Source: Octopus bimaculoides (Eukaryota). Taken from it: a stretch of DNA of 39,292 bases. The notes beneath the pieces were generated by a model, which saw nothing but the letters and a program-made list of their open reading frames with translations, was not told where the DNA came from and did not search any database. Shown piece after piece: positions 23,216 through 37,185 of the stretch. The stretch's first letter is position 1. The number at the start of each line of letters is the position of its first letter. The translations under genes and the position numbers were made by a program. Location: NCBI RefSeq assembly GCF_001194135.2, contig NC_068994.1, forward strand, positions 41,522,706 to 41,561,997, read 5' to 3'.

Positions 23216-24254
23216 TATCCCTTCACTTCCTGTGCCAATAAGCACCACATATGCTGCATTGGTCAACAAATCCTGAAATGCAGGATATCTCAACAACTGT
23301 ACTAACCTTATTTACATTCATTTTCAATGATGTAAGGAACTCACTAATAAAAGGGAGAAAACTCTAACCACTTCTCATCATTGATTTTTGTTCAGTAACA
23401 AAATCATTACAGGACTAGATGTTTGACTCACAAAATTTTCAACTGGACATTAAAAGACAATATGCCTTTATACATCTGAATCTGCTAACTGAAATCATAG
23501 CAAGAAGTAATGCATGCAGTCTTTCATACAAAAGATCCCCACCAAATGAACATTTATTTTTTTTACACCCTTGAATTTCTACATTTGATAAAATGCTGAT
23601 TTTTCAAGCTCCATACCAACATTACTGAGAATTGAAAGTTAGGCAATTCAAAAATACTCCCACATCCTAGTTAGAAAATAACTATAACTGTAAACTGTAT
23701 CACGATGTAAAATGAAAAACAAAACATATCACATAAGGTGCTGAACAAGTAAAGCAACAATTAAATTAACTTTATAATCATTAAAAGAAAATTATAAACG
23801 TCTGAAGGGAATTTGATAAGTGCCCTGATTGAATTATCCTGCATAAATAGGAAAAGATCAGATTGAAAAGAAAGTCAAATGTGGTAAATGGGATAAAAGG
23901 CAACAGGACAAACAAACCAGAACAGAAGAAAATAGAAAGAACATGAAAATTTTAAATGACATCAAAGTTTGACATGAAAGAATGCAAATTTGGTAGAAAC
24001 TTTTTAATCCAATATTCAAGTTCAAAAAATTTCATTTTGTGGGAAAATGCATTAAAAGGGCAGAAATATTGATTTAATCCAATGGGATTAAATCGATATT
24101 TCATTTCTTTTCAAGGAATGGCTACTCATGGGGCTTCACTGAACAAGACAAAACCTGTTTTTATGAGATATCTCTGAATAAAAAGTATTATTTAAAACAT
24201 ATTTTTTTATTAGGTTCAGCCAGAGAGCTGTGGCCATGCTGGGCCACTGTCATT

Positions 24255-24443
24255 AAACATTGGTACCAAATTTTGACACCAGGCCAGCAATTTTGGTGAA
24301 GGGAATAAGTTGATATCATTGACCCCAGTTCTCAACTTATATCTATTTTATCGTCCCTGAAGGATGAAAGGTAAGGTTGACCTCAGTGGAATTTGAACTC
24401 AGAACATAAAGACAAAATGCAGCAAAGCATTTTTCCCAGCATG

Positions 24444-24445
<2 letters not shown>
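24255..24445 (-). mobile_element. SINE (16506-type)
   Basis: 'ggatgaaaggtaaggttgacctcagtggaatttgaactcagaacataaagac'. Confidence 0.8.
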
Positions 24446-24478
<33 letters not shown>

Positions 24479-24884
24479 AATAAAACTGAAAAAATACATA
24501 TTAATTTCAGGACATCAGCAATGAGCAAAAAACACGCATATGATTACAGAAATGATTTTTAATAACTGGATCACAACAGATAAAAAAAATATATATATAC
24601 ATAAAGTAACAATTGTCCTCACTCTAAAAGAAAGACAGTTAAACAAAATATCAAACTAACCATTATGTAAACCTTAAATTGAGACAAGTGTATGCTTATG
24701 ATGATCTATGATTTTAAATTAATATATTGTTTTTTCATAGTTTCATTACCCAGTAATTTTTCATTGATGATTTTATTTTAATCTCCATCAATAATTTTAA
24801 GCTTCATCAATCACTTCATGAATGGCTGTGTAATTTATTAAAGAACAAAACAATAACAGCATTCTTTTATTATCATCATGTATG

Positions 24885-25100
24885 TCATGAGGTGGTGAGC
24901 TGGCAGAATTGTTAGCATGCTCGGTAAAATGTTCAGGGGCATTTCATCTGTCTTGATGTTCTGATTTCAAATTCTACCAAGGTCAACTTTGCATTTCATA
25001 CTTTCAGTGTCGATGAAATAAGTACCGGCTGAGCACTGGAATCAATGTGATTGACTTACCCCACTTCCAAAACTGCTGGCCATGTACCAAAATTTGAACT
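24885..25100 (+). mobile_element. SINE (16506-type)
   Basis: 'ggtggtgagctggcagaattgttagc...ttcaaattctaccaaggtcaactttgc'. Confidence 0.8.
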
Positions 25101-26262
25101 CCTTACCATGTGTCATTAATATATGTCATTAATAATACTTTAATTGCTTCGTGTTCTCAAATATCGTTCACATATAACTTCATAATTATCAGTCTTTAAA
25201 ATGATTAAATATTTTTTGGAGTATGGATTAGAACATACTTTTGCACTAAACAATGATTTATCTAGAATTATGGTTGGAGGATTAAAACATTTCTACAGAT
25301 TTAGATGCAAAGAGAAGATACTCAAATCAACATACCTGGTTCCTTTATCCATTGAAGTTTCAAATGATTTCAAATGGATAACATACATTCATCAAGAGGC
25401 TTTCCTGGTAGTGGATATCAACTGACTTGGGATGGATAACATGTCCATTCGTAGACTCATTTATGGTAGCAGATATCAACTGTCTTGCTCGCGACTCTAA
25501 TCACTGTTGTTGTATGCATGACTCGTCCTCCACTAAATCATAATATGCACTTCACGCAACTACACACTACATCATGGAGTGAATGCACTCCACTACGCTA
25601 TTTCTACTATTTCAAGTGATTCACATACAACTGGAAATTGTAATTTATATATATATATATATNNNNNNNNNNNNNNNNNNNNNNNNNNNNNNNNNNNNNN
25701 NNNNNNNNNNNNNNNNNNNNNNNNNNNNNNNNNNNNNNNNNNNNNNNNNNNNNNNNNNNNNNNNNNNNNNNNNNNNNNNNNNNNNNNNNNNNNNNNNNNN
25801 NNNNNNNNNNNNNNNNNNNNNNNNNNNNNNNNNNNNNNNNNNNNNNNNNNNNNNNNNNNNNNNNNNNNNNNNNNNNNNNNNNNNNNNNNNNNNNNNNNNN
25901 NNNNNNNNNNNNNNNNNNNNNNNNNNNNNNNNNNNNNNNNNNNNNNNNNNNNNNNNNNNNNNNNNNNNNNNNNNNNNNNNNNNNNNNNNNNNNNNNNNNN
26001 NNNNNNNNNNNNNNNNNNNNNNNNNNNNNNNNNNNNNNNNNNNNNNNNNNNNNNNNNNNNNNNNNNNNNNNNNNNNNNNNNNNNNNNNNNNNNNNNNNNN
26101 NNNNNNNNNNNNNNNNNNNNNNNNNNNNNNNNNNNNNNNNNNNNNNNNNNNNNNNNNNNNNNNNNNNNNNNNNNNNNNNNNNNNNNNNNNNNNNNNNNNN
26201 NNNNNNNNNNNNNNNNNNNNNNNNNNNNNNNNNNNNNNNNNNNNNNNNNNNNNNNNNNNNNN

Positions 26263-27430
<1,168 letters not shown>

Positions 27431-27802
27431 ATGTGTTTTTATATATGAATGATAAAATGAGATTAGAGTCTTCGTTGACTCAATGATATGAAATTAAATG
27501 GAAACTTAAAAGCCCTACATTATCAATTTTTGTATAATAAAAGACACAATGACAGCACCATAGGTTGAAGGACCAATTTGTTAGGTCTTTAGAATAAGGG
27601 TATTCATTTCATTTTCTTCGATGGCCACCTTAATCTGAATTTTTGCTTCCATTTCTTATTGCGTTTTAGTGATTTATATTTTATGTGCTTTTTACATATT
27701 ATTTTTATTTAACATTTTTTGTTTGTTTTTTTTTTTTACATTTATTTTTTAAAATTGTATTTTCATGGGATTGAACCGTCCAAATGTTTGCTGTGTACGT
27801 AC

Positions 27803-27884
27803 CTGCAACCCCTGTATTGTGTTACCCTCCCGTATTTTTGAACAGGGAAGCCTCTTCAAAACAAACAGAGTCAAGTTGAAGACA
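27803..27884 (-). other. Candidate 82-nt spliced exon (coding status unclear)
   Basis: Acceptor ctctcttctctcacAG and donor CAG|GTACGT. Only one frame is open (VFNLTLFVLKRLPCSKIREGNTIQGLQ), and it is not phase-compatible with the other minus-strand candidates. Confidence 0.35.
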
Positions 27885-28168
27885 CTGTGAGAGAAGAGAG
27901 GCATGAAATCTTATGGGGTTTTTTTAATATAGCAACAGCATGATGCTGCAGTTTAGGTAAAACGATAAAAGTATCTATATACTCTCACTGCCAACACTCC
28001 ATAACCCTTCCACACACTTAGAATTTCATCTCATCCTGTATACATGCATACATATATACATATACATANNNNNNNNNNNNNNNNNNNNNNNNNNNNNNNN
28101 NNNNNNNNNNNNNNNNNNNNNNNNNNNNNNNNNNNNNNNNNNNNNNNNNNNNNNNNNNNNNNNNNNNN

Positions 28169-28201
<33 letters not shown>

Positions 28202-28608
28202 TGCAGCATATATATGTCCATATTCATATGTATGTGATTATAAATTTTATTAGTTTGTAATTACTTTGTTTGTTTAGTTAGTTAAATAATTAGCATTCAA
28301 AATTTGCAAAAATTCACAGTTGCTTGACTTATGTGGTCACTGAAATAGTTATTTACATTTTCGGTGTTTATGTGGAGACTTGCATTTCATCAGTGATTAC
28401 ATGCACGTTATATTTGGTTGCCTTTTTTGTCTTGCTTTCTATCTTTGCCAGATATAGGACATCCACGTTTTGCATAGACAGCTGAAATTAAATAAGATAG
28501 AACAAATGATTACAAATAAAATACTGTATAATTAGTTAGTTTTTTGAATTAATTATTTGTAAATGAAATGGATTTACATATATTGATATACACATAGTTT
28601 CATACATA

Positions 28609-28649
<41 letters not shown>

Positions 28650-28929
28650 CACAAGGTATAGATAATGGTTTTTACGCATATTTCATTAATATCTTGTCTT
28701 GTATGTGTAAAAGACCAGCCTAGGTGAGACTGTAACATAGAATGGTAATGAATTATAACCCCGTACTCTGCCATAAATATACGTGGAGTTCTTTACTAAT
28801 CTAAAAAAATTATTAGCTTGCTATATTTGTATTAACAGAGATACTATAAAGTATTTTGCCTGGATTGATAATCCCTCGTGAACAACTCTTCTTATATATG
28901 CAAATGTATGTATATATAGATATATTTAT

Positions 28930-29078
28930 TTTCTCTCCTTGTTTCTTTCTGTGTTCCTTTCTGTGGAAGAGTGTAGGCTCAAAATGGTAAAGACTTTTTC
29001 ACTTCCCGAGCATTAAACTAATACATCTGTTTGTTGTCTACACCTATCTTTGTCTTTTGTTTTTTTTTTGTGAATTTT

Positions 29079-29085
<7 letters not shown>
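28930..29085 (+). mobile_element. Short repeat carrying a decayed hammerhead motif; putative Penelope-like pLTR fragment
   Basis: 'ttctctccttgtttctttctgtgttcctttctgtggaagagtgtaggctc...ttttccctatata', ending in a (TA)n tract. Confidence 0.55.
28957..28992 (+). ncRNA. Decayed hammerhead-like motif (third family)
   Basis: cttt-CTGTGGA-a-GAGT-gtag-GCTC-AAAA-tggt-aaag. Stem I cttt/aaag and stem II GAGT/GCTC pair; the GAAA box is mutated. Confidence 0.5.
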
Positions 29086-29146
<61 letters not shown>

Positions 29147-29249
29147 ATATATGCATATATATGTATATGTTTATACATATGTATATATATATATACACAC
29201 ACATATATATATATATATATAATACAAAGAATATATATATACATGTATA

Positions 29250-29411
29250 CACACATATATGTACATACTTACATCTACATGTGTATATATATGCATATCA
29301 AGGTACAGGACGTTAGAACAATAAACTACAGACAACGGAACGAACACATAGGAAAACGGAAAGCCACTTGGAATATCCCTTCATCAGCTGTCTCTATTCT
29401 ATCTAGACGTT
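29250..29411 (-). mobile_element. Dispersed repeat, same family as 21670-21860
   Basis: 'ggtacaggacgtt' (about 29303) and 'cccttcatcagctgtctctattct' (29377-29400). Confidence 0.6.
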
Positions 29412-29439
29412 ATATATATATATATATATTCATTTACTT

Positions 29440-29630
29440 GTTTTGGTCATTTGATTGCAGTCACACTGGAGTACTGCCTTAAAGGTTTTTAGTCAAGGAT
29501 TTTAGGACTTATTTTTGTAAGCCTAGTATTTATTCTGTCGGTCTCTTTTTGCTGAAGCACTAAGTTAGGGGGACATAAACATATCAGCCTCGGTTGTCAA
29601 GTGATGATGGGGGATAAACACAGACAGCAT
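29440..29630 (-). mobile_element. SINE tail half (13245-type)
   Basis: 'tttacttgttttggtcatttgattgcagtcacactggagtactgcc...ggttgtcaagtgatg'. Confidence 0.8.
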
Positions 29631-30144
29631 AAATACATACTTACATACATACATACATACACACATAATTCATGCACGTGTTCTTGTTTAGTTTTGTTTT
29701 ATACAAATATTCTACAAATCCATCTTCAGCTTCTTTGAGTGTGTCAATGTGTGGCCAGAATTGCCAACATGCCCGCACTAGTTGGTACTTAATCATTTCA
29801 GATATCACCTGAAGAATGACGGCCTTCAGGGAAGGTGCAGTATTGTCAGAATGATATTATTGATATGATGATGATAAGGAGGAAGAAGAAGTGAAAGAGA
29901 AGGTGAAGAATGATAATGACAATGATAAATGGAGATGACTGATTATTATGGAATGTGACATATTTGATCATTTTCTCCTCACTACTTCTGCTTGGATGCT
30001 GAAGTCTATACTTTACTGAGGCACCTTGATATAAATAAAATGTGAACGGAGTTGTCTCCCATATTCAAAATAAAATCAACTTGACCCATAGTTATTTGGT
30101 GTTTAATAAATTTTTTACTCTTAATTCAATATTTCTTTTCTTTT

Positions 30145-30375
30145 ATTCATTTACTTGTTTCAGTCATTTCACTGCAGCCATGCTGGAGCACTGCCTTAAG
30201 GGGTTTTAGTCAAAGAAATCGACCCCAGAGTTTATTCTTTGTTAGCCCAGTACTTATTCCATCGATTTCTTTTGCCGAACTGCTAGGTTACGGGGGTCGT
30301 AAACATACCAACATTGGTTGTCAAGTGATGGTGAGGAGACAAACACAGACACAAAGACACACATACATACATACA

Positions 30376-30430
<55 letters not shown>

Positions 30431-30585
30431 GACAGGCTTCTTTCAGTTTCTGTCTACCAAATCTACTCACATGGTTTTGGTCAGCTTGAGTCTATAGTAG
30501 AAGATACTTGCCCAAGGTGCTGAACAGTGGGACTGAACTTGGAACTATGTGGTTGGGAAACAAGCTTCTTAACACACAGCCACAA
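30145..30585 (-). mobile_element. Full-length SINE (13245-type) with internal (CATA)n/(TA)n
   Basis: Tail block, microsatellite, then head ending 'cttcttaacacacagccac'. Confidence 0.9.
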
Positions 30586-30984
30586 AGAAACAAATTAGGA
30601 TTCAGAAAACTGTGTGAGTTAGTTACCATTGAATACATTGTCTTCTTTAGTTGCATCATTTTAGTTTAATTATGAGGATACTGTTTGTGTTAATTGTGGA
30701 ATATACATAAATATGTGTACACTCAGATATGTATTATCATCATGATCATCATAATCATTATAACCATCACTGTCTTCGATATCATCATCATCATCATCAT
30801 CATACCATTATCACCACCATGACTACAACCACTTTTGACCATAGTCTAAGGTATTAGCAGTAATCTAATGATAAATAACAGCAATAGTGCTTAGTTTATT
30901 ATAAATCCTTTTCAATGCTTGGATACTTAATAGAAATATCTAATCAACCACAGTGCTTGACTGGTACTTTATTTTATTACCACC

Positions 30985-31033
<49 letters not shown>

Positions 31034-32339
31034 TCACTAGTGCCATCATCACAACTTCTGCCACCCCACCACAAACACCACCATCACCACTATCAACCTC
31101 AATACCAGCACCACTACTGCTGCTACCAAACCCAGTGCTGCCACCACCTCTGGAAGAATGGATGAATAGCTAAGTTGATCTCAGAACTTGAAGAGTTGCA
31201 ACTAAACATTGCAGACATTTTGTCTGATATTCTAATGATGCTGCCAATTCAATGTTTCCATTGACAATTGTTGTTTTATATTCATTCTTCTACGCTAGAG
31301 CAAAGTGAATAGATCAATCAAACACAATCTCTAAGTCTTCTATCATATTGTTTGTGGGGACCCACACTCTCACCCGACCCCACTGCACCCCCACCACAGC
31401 TCTCTCTGAACATAACTAACCAATTTCATGCCAAGTGTTGCTTTGTCTACCTTTAACTACCATCAACACAGATATTTTTCATTTGTAATTTTTCATGATG
31501 TTTCAGCTATTTGCATTACTTATCCAAGTTGGTGCTTAAAACAACTAGAGTTTGTTGCATATATATTTTATGAGTAATTAAAATTATAGAACTGGTTGGT
31601 ATCAGATAAATTATAGATAGTAAAATATATGATTCATCATAGTCATATTATTTATCATAATCAAATGATATAGGTAAATCAAAGAAAATTTATGTGCAAT
31701 TTCCATGTTATAGAAACCATACCAAATATCTAACTTTTATTTCTTCTTATAAGAAATATTCTTATTTTTATCATGTAGAAACAGAGCTAGATGCTTGTGA
31801 TAACAGGGTAATAAAACTGGTGTTGTTCTAAGAAGACAGTGTCAAAAATGACTGGCATAAAGCTTGGTATAAATAAGAAGATAAAATAAATTATTATCAC
31901 ACAGCATTGAAATAGGAGTTGCTAATATAGAGAGAAATATTGGAGAATATCATCAATAAGTAAAATCTCCTGACAAGGCAAGTCCTTGACCTAATTTTTA
32001 TTCTTAGCTGTGACTATTTCCCCGTCATTTGCTTCACTGATATCATTCAGAAAGATGTGGGTGAGTTTCTACACTTATGGTGGGGAATCATTTTACTACC
32101 AGAGTTGACTTACCAGTGTAGAAGAATTTGTGAGGAGATCTGTACATGCATAAAACAATGCATGTATACACACATGCATATGCAAATAAGATTCAAACTT
32201 AGACTCCAATTTCTTTATGGGAGATCAATCCACAAGGCAAAGACAGACTATAAGATGAATCAGGTTGAGTGGATATAAAGGCAATTATGCAAATAAACAA
32301 ATTAGATACATCAAATATATTAAATATATTCTTTTCTAC

Positions 32340-32470
32340 TCTAGGCAGGAGGCCAGAAATTTTTGGGGAGGGGGCCAGTCGACTAGATCAACCTCAGTAC
32401 ACAACTGGTACTTAATTTATCAACCCCTGAAAGGATGAAAAGAAAAGTCGACCGCGGCAGAATTTGAACG
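32340..32470 (-). mobile_element. 5'-truncated SINE (16506-type), CpG-rich
   Basis: 'ggccagaaattttgggg...gtcgaccgcggcagaatttgaac'. Confidence 0.8.
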
Positions 32471-32602
32471 CTCTCCACTGGGCCAATTCTACTCTCTAAC
32501 AACATATACATGCATACGTGAATGTATGCATACAATTGGTTGTGTGCATCTACAAAAAAGCATATGTAAAAAATAATCATGCACATACTCATACACACAT
32601 AT

Positions 32603-32800
32603 CAGGACAATTACCCCACCTAGGACAATTAACCCATATAAGACAATTCTCCCTGACAACTACCTCCTAGGACAATAACCACCCTCGGTTAATTACCCCC
32701 TCTCCAATATATTAAGAAGTTTTAAATCATCATCTGTTGTCCTCAAGGGTAATTGTCCTTGGAGGTCCATTGTCCATGGGGGGTAAATATCCTACACACC
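32603..32800. mobile_element. Foldback-type MITE with repeated subterminal GGACAATTACCCC motifs
   Basis: About five direct variants of the motif on the left (32605, 32623, 32641, 32653, 32669) and inverted variants on the right ('gggtaattgtcc', 'cattgtcc', 'gggggtaaatatcct'). Confidence 0.6.
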
Positions 32801-33049
32801 ACACACGCACACAAACACCTAAATACTAAAGAGACATGTTCAAACAGAGTATAAATGCAGGTGCATACGCTTACACACAGAATGTGAATCCTCATCTGCA
32901 TAATTAAGAATTGTCTCATTCTCTCATTTATTTGTATAATTTTGTGTTTCAGGAGATACTTGTCAAAGATTGGTAATATTCTGTAATGAATTCTTTTATG
33001 ATTTTTAGTTGGTATCCAAACATGTTATAGTTTTGAGTTTTGAGCCTCT

Positions 33050-33225
33050 TTTCTGCTATGCATAGCCTGCAACTTTCTGTGCCACATCTATATGGCTTAT
33101 ATCTCTTGACGAAGTTGCCCTTAATGCTGAATACAGCAGCATAAGTACCAGTTGAGCATTGGGGTTGATGTAATCGACTTGTCCTCTCTCCAGAACTTGC
33201 TGGCCTTGTACCAAAATTTGAAATC
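33050..33225 (+). mobile_element. SINE (16506-type), degenerate head
   Basis: 'taagtaccagttgagcattggggttgatgtaatcgactt...ggccttgtaccaaaatttgaaatc'. Confidence 0.7.
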
Positions 33226-33854
33226 ACTATATCTTAGATTTTTATTTGGCTTTGCTTAAATGGTTTATATTTTCTGTCTGATTGTCTGTCTATCTATACA
33301 TATATATATACATACATACATACATACATACGTACGTACGTACGCATTTCAATGACAGATGCAAGTAATGACATAAAAATTAAGTAAATAAACTTGTTGC
33401 TCTTTGAACAAAGTTACTTTTGATAATTACTCTGAAACAGGTTACAGACACTCCCTTGTGGCTCTCACCATTAGAAATGCAGTGAACCAATTATTAGCCC
33501 ATTGAAAATCTTCATCCAATAATGTTAATATTCACCAACTGTGATAATAAAATACACTAGACAACCACCTCTTGGATTGAACATTTAAATATACTGAAGA
33601 TACTGTATTATATTTTTGGTGCTTCTCTCTAAATTACCTCAGTATGCCTAACTGTCAGAAATACCAACCAGATTTTCTAAGAAAGGTGAATAGGGTTATC
33701 ACATTGTTATAAAGCTCTGATCGTGAAAGGTCAAGTAATTGAAAGGTCACAATATGCAACTTGACCTCAATTAATTGCTATCATATAGATTAGCGAAAAA
33801 TTCAAGAGCAGACTAGCAGCTATAAATCTAACATTCAATTATTTAATGGATGGG

Positions 33855-34085
33855 CAGTAGATTAAAAGAATCTGAATCAGGGCAGAAAATGCTTCATCGC
33901 ATTTAGTTATGTTCCTTTGTGTTATGAGATCAAATCCTATTAGGTTTTCAGCATTTATTTATTCTTCCAGGAATGATAAAATATAAGGACATTGTCAAGC
34001 TGTGGTAGTCAATATAACAAGCTCTACCCAACCACCACCGCAACCATCAACACCAAAAATTTGTGACCTTGTGCCTAAGACAGAA
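33855..34085 (+). mobile_element. Old SINE (16506-type)
   Basis: 'gggcagaaaatgcttcatcgcattt...gagatcaaatcc...gaccttgtgcctaag'. Confidence 0.55.
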
Positions 34086-34280
34086 ATCAATATTAAACTG
34101 TTAATTACTTTTCCAGTAACAATTTTCAACAAAAAAAAAAATCATTAATTATGATAATTTCATAAAAAACAACCTCTAGAAAACAAAACTGAAGATATTT
34201 AGAGTCTAAGCTGCCATATTAACTAGAAAGAAACAAGAATTGCCAAATATATTTTGACTATGGTACAATAAGATACTCAC

Positions 34281-34352
34281 AGAGCAGAATGAACATTTCC
34301 ATTCTTTCCATTTTATTCTTATTTCTAAATTACGTTGATCTTTTAAAAGATT
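34281..34352 (-). CDS. Candidate 72-nt internal exon, NLLKDQRNLEIRIKWKEWKCSFCS
   Basis: AG acceptor at 34353-34354 (weak, A-rich), GTGAGT donor at 34275-34280, open phase 0/0 frame ending in WxCxxC. Confidence 0.3.
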
Positions 34353-35289
34353 CTGTAATTATTATTATTGTTGCTGTTGTTTTTGTGGTGGTGGTGGTGG
34401 TGGTGGTGGTGGTTATTTTAGATGTTGTTTTTGGTGTTGTTGTTATTACTATTATTCTGTTATTGTTGTTGTTATTTTTTCTTTTTTTTTTTACTGATAT
34501 TGTTTTTATTGTCTTTGTAAGACAGAAGCAACAAAACACTGTATCCTTTCTTATTCTGAATCAGAACTACCTTCTAATTTCCTCTTGCTTCTCTGTTGAC
34601 TCTTATACTTTAACGAATTTTAATTATTTCTGATGATTTCTCTTCCTTTTCCTTTTTGTTCTTTCACATTTGTTTTTCTTTTTTTTTATTCATGTGTCTT
34701 TTAATTTTTGTTTTGCTTTTTATTTTCTTTTTTAAATCTATCTTCTATCAGCAATCGCTACCACCATAACAAACTGAACACCACCACAACCACTACTGTC
34801 ATCACTACCACCACAACAACCATCATCACTATCACTGCTATCATCATCACCACAAGCCAGTATAGAAACCTTTATGTGGTCGATTAATCTGCTAGAAATA
34901 GCAGTCTAATCTCTCTAGCAATACATTGTATAGTTTTATGAAATGGCACATCACATGCTTAATAGTGTGGATATAGGTTCCCTACTGATAGCAATAATAT
35001 GAGATGGTCATGGTTAGCTTTTTATCAAAAGCTGACCTGGAGCTAAACTATAGCAACATCATGGCAACTATTATCAGCACACTCACATTTTTGTATCATG
35101 AGATGACCTGGCATCTCATTACCTCCATTTTTATTTTCTTTCCACCTTCTCTTTCTCACCCACCCTTATAAAATGCAGAGTAGCAATGTAGCTCTTCTGT
35201 AGCAAGACTCTTGTGCTGGTTCCTCTATCATACTTTAGCTGCTTAACACTCTGACATAAACCCACCTTCTTCTTCTTCTTCTTTGTGCC

Positions 35290-35580
35290 CTTTTTAAAGC
35301 CTAGCCAGGCTCATGGGCCTGGTTTCCCAGTTTCTATGGCATCTATGTTCCCCCCAGCTGGACGGGACACCAAGCGTTACTCAAGAAACAGGAAGAAAGA
35401 GTGAGAGAAAGTTGGGGCGAAAGAGTACAACAGGGGTCACCACCACCTCCTGCTGGAGCTTCGTGGAGCTTTAGGTGTTTTCGCTCAATAAACACACACG
35501 ACACATGGTCTGGGAATCGAAACCATGATCCTCCGACCGTGAGTCCGCTGCCCTAACCACTGGGCAATTGTGCCTCCACA
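35290..35580 (-). mobile_element. tRNA-derived SINE, relatively young
   Basis: Head reverse complement 'gggaatcgaaaccatgatcctccgaccgtgagtccgctgccctaaccactggg'; CpGs retained. Confidence 0.8.
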
Positions 35581-35629
35581 CATAAACCCACCACCAACCA
35601 CAAATACTATTCCCTACTTAGTCTTGCAA

Positions 35630-35900
35630 ATTACTTGGTAGTCTCACTAGTGCCAGTGGTATGAAAAACTAAAAATTCCACAGTGAACTCTGTAAAGTGG
35701 TTGGCATTAGGAAGAGCATCCAGCTGTAGAAACCATATCAAAATAGACACTGGTGCTCAATGTGACACTAACACTCACTGGATCCTGTCAAACCATCCAA
35801 CCCATGCCAGCATGTAAAAATGATGATGATGATAAGAAGGATGAGGATGATGATGATGATGATGATGACAATGACAACGACGACGATGACGACAATGATT
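35630..35900 (+). mobile_element. SINE (39058-type) with an expanded (GAT)n/(GAC)n tail
   Basis: 'gttggcattaggaagagcatccagctgtagaaacc...caacccatgccagcatgtaaaaatgatgatgat'. Confidence 0.8.
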
Positions 35901-36445
35901 ACAACCACAACAATGACAATCACATTATGAATGTAACAATCCCTTCTTAAAAATAAGCAGGAATTTAGTTTCCAGAATCTATTTCCTTCTGAAACCCTTT
36001 ATCACAAAATTTATTTATGTAAAGGAGCAGCTTATACAAACAACAGTTTACATAGCATTTAATTTACATATCAATTTCATTTCTCAAACAATTGTCTGTA
36101 AGAAACCGTTGTGGTTTATTATAACCAATAATACTGGATGGTAAACAGTAAAAAAAAAAAGAAACAACTTCCATTATGTTTGATGTAGAATCAATATATT
36201 TGCTTTAATGTGTAAGTATATCGATTTATCTTGACTTTTGACAAATCATGAAGCAAGCTTTGTACAGGTAATTGGAAAGGGTAGAGGAAGATTTAGGAGA
36301 CTTCATGATTGATTCATATATAGTGTCCTACTGGTATATGTTTTATTGTGTTTTATTGGCCTGCCCCCACTGGCTTCCTCCTCAACAAATTATCTTTAAA
36401 AAAAGGGTGGCTAGAGAATTGAGGGAGCCTTGCTGGAATTTCAAC

Positions 36446-36580
36446 CAGTGGTTCTCAACCATTAATCATTTTTCTATATAAGGACCCCTTTGGATCATAT
36501 TTTACTTTGGTGGACCCTCATAACAATCTGATGTATAAAAGATCCTATTATATATTCATATAATTGAATATTATTAGGAG
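36446..36580. mobile_element. 5' half of the hAT-like MITE (5502-type), followed by a SINE
   Basis: Starts 'cagtggttctcaacc'; 'ggacccctttggatcatattttac' is shared with 5530-5560. Confidence 0.7.
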
Positions 36581-36594
36581 TTTTATTATTTTAT

Positions 36595-36972
36595 TCTTTT
36601 ACTTGTTTCAGTCATTTGACTGCAGCCATGCTGGAGCACTGCCTTTAGCCAAACAAATCAATCCCAGGATTTATTCTTTGTAATCTTAGTACTTATTCTA
36701 TCAGACCCTTTTGCCGAACTGCTAAGTTACGGTGATGTAACCACAGCAGCATCAGTTGACAAGTGATGGGGGGGGGGGCAAACAGACACACACACACACA
36801 AACCTACACACACACACACAAACCTACACACACACACACAAACACATACATATATATATGATTGGCTTTTTTCAGTTTCCATCTACCAAATTCACTCACA
36901 AGGCTTTGGTTAACCTGAGGCTATAGTAGAAGACACTTGCTCAAGGTGCCAAGCAGTGGGACTGAACCCAGT
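36595..36972 (-). mobile_element. SINE (13245-type), 5'-truncated
   Basis: Tail, (CA)n with 'aaacctacacac' units, then the head up to 'gggactgaaccc'. Confidence 0.9.
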
Positions 36973-37019
36973 CTACGCATTCACAACTGATTTTTCACAG
37001 AGGGAAAGAAAGAGAGAGA

Positions 37020-37185
37020 CAGAGAAGAATCAGCTCCAAAGTAGGCCTGCTACTTTATTTATCAACACCTTAAAATACGAAAAGTAACGTTGATCTCGAC
37101 AAGATTTGAACTTAGAGTAGAGGGATCCAAATTGAATGATGCCAGGCATTCTAACTGACTAGCTAATTACTCTGTCGCTTTGGCA
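37020..37185 (-). mobile_element. Old SINE (16506-type)
   Basis: 'aaagtaacgttgatctcgacaagatttgaacttagag'. Confidence 0.55.

Noticed and set aside
25201-25425. 74-aa ORF and a minus-strand CAG|GTATGT donor near 25335
   Set aside because: No homology recognised; all minus-strand frames upstream of the donor are closed within about 60 nt.
33460-33530. Minus-strand AG...GTGAG segment
   Set aside because: Stops occur in all three frames.
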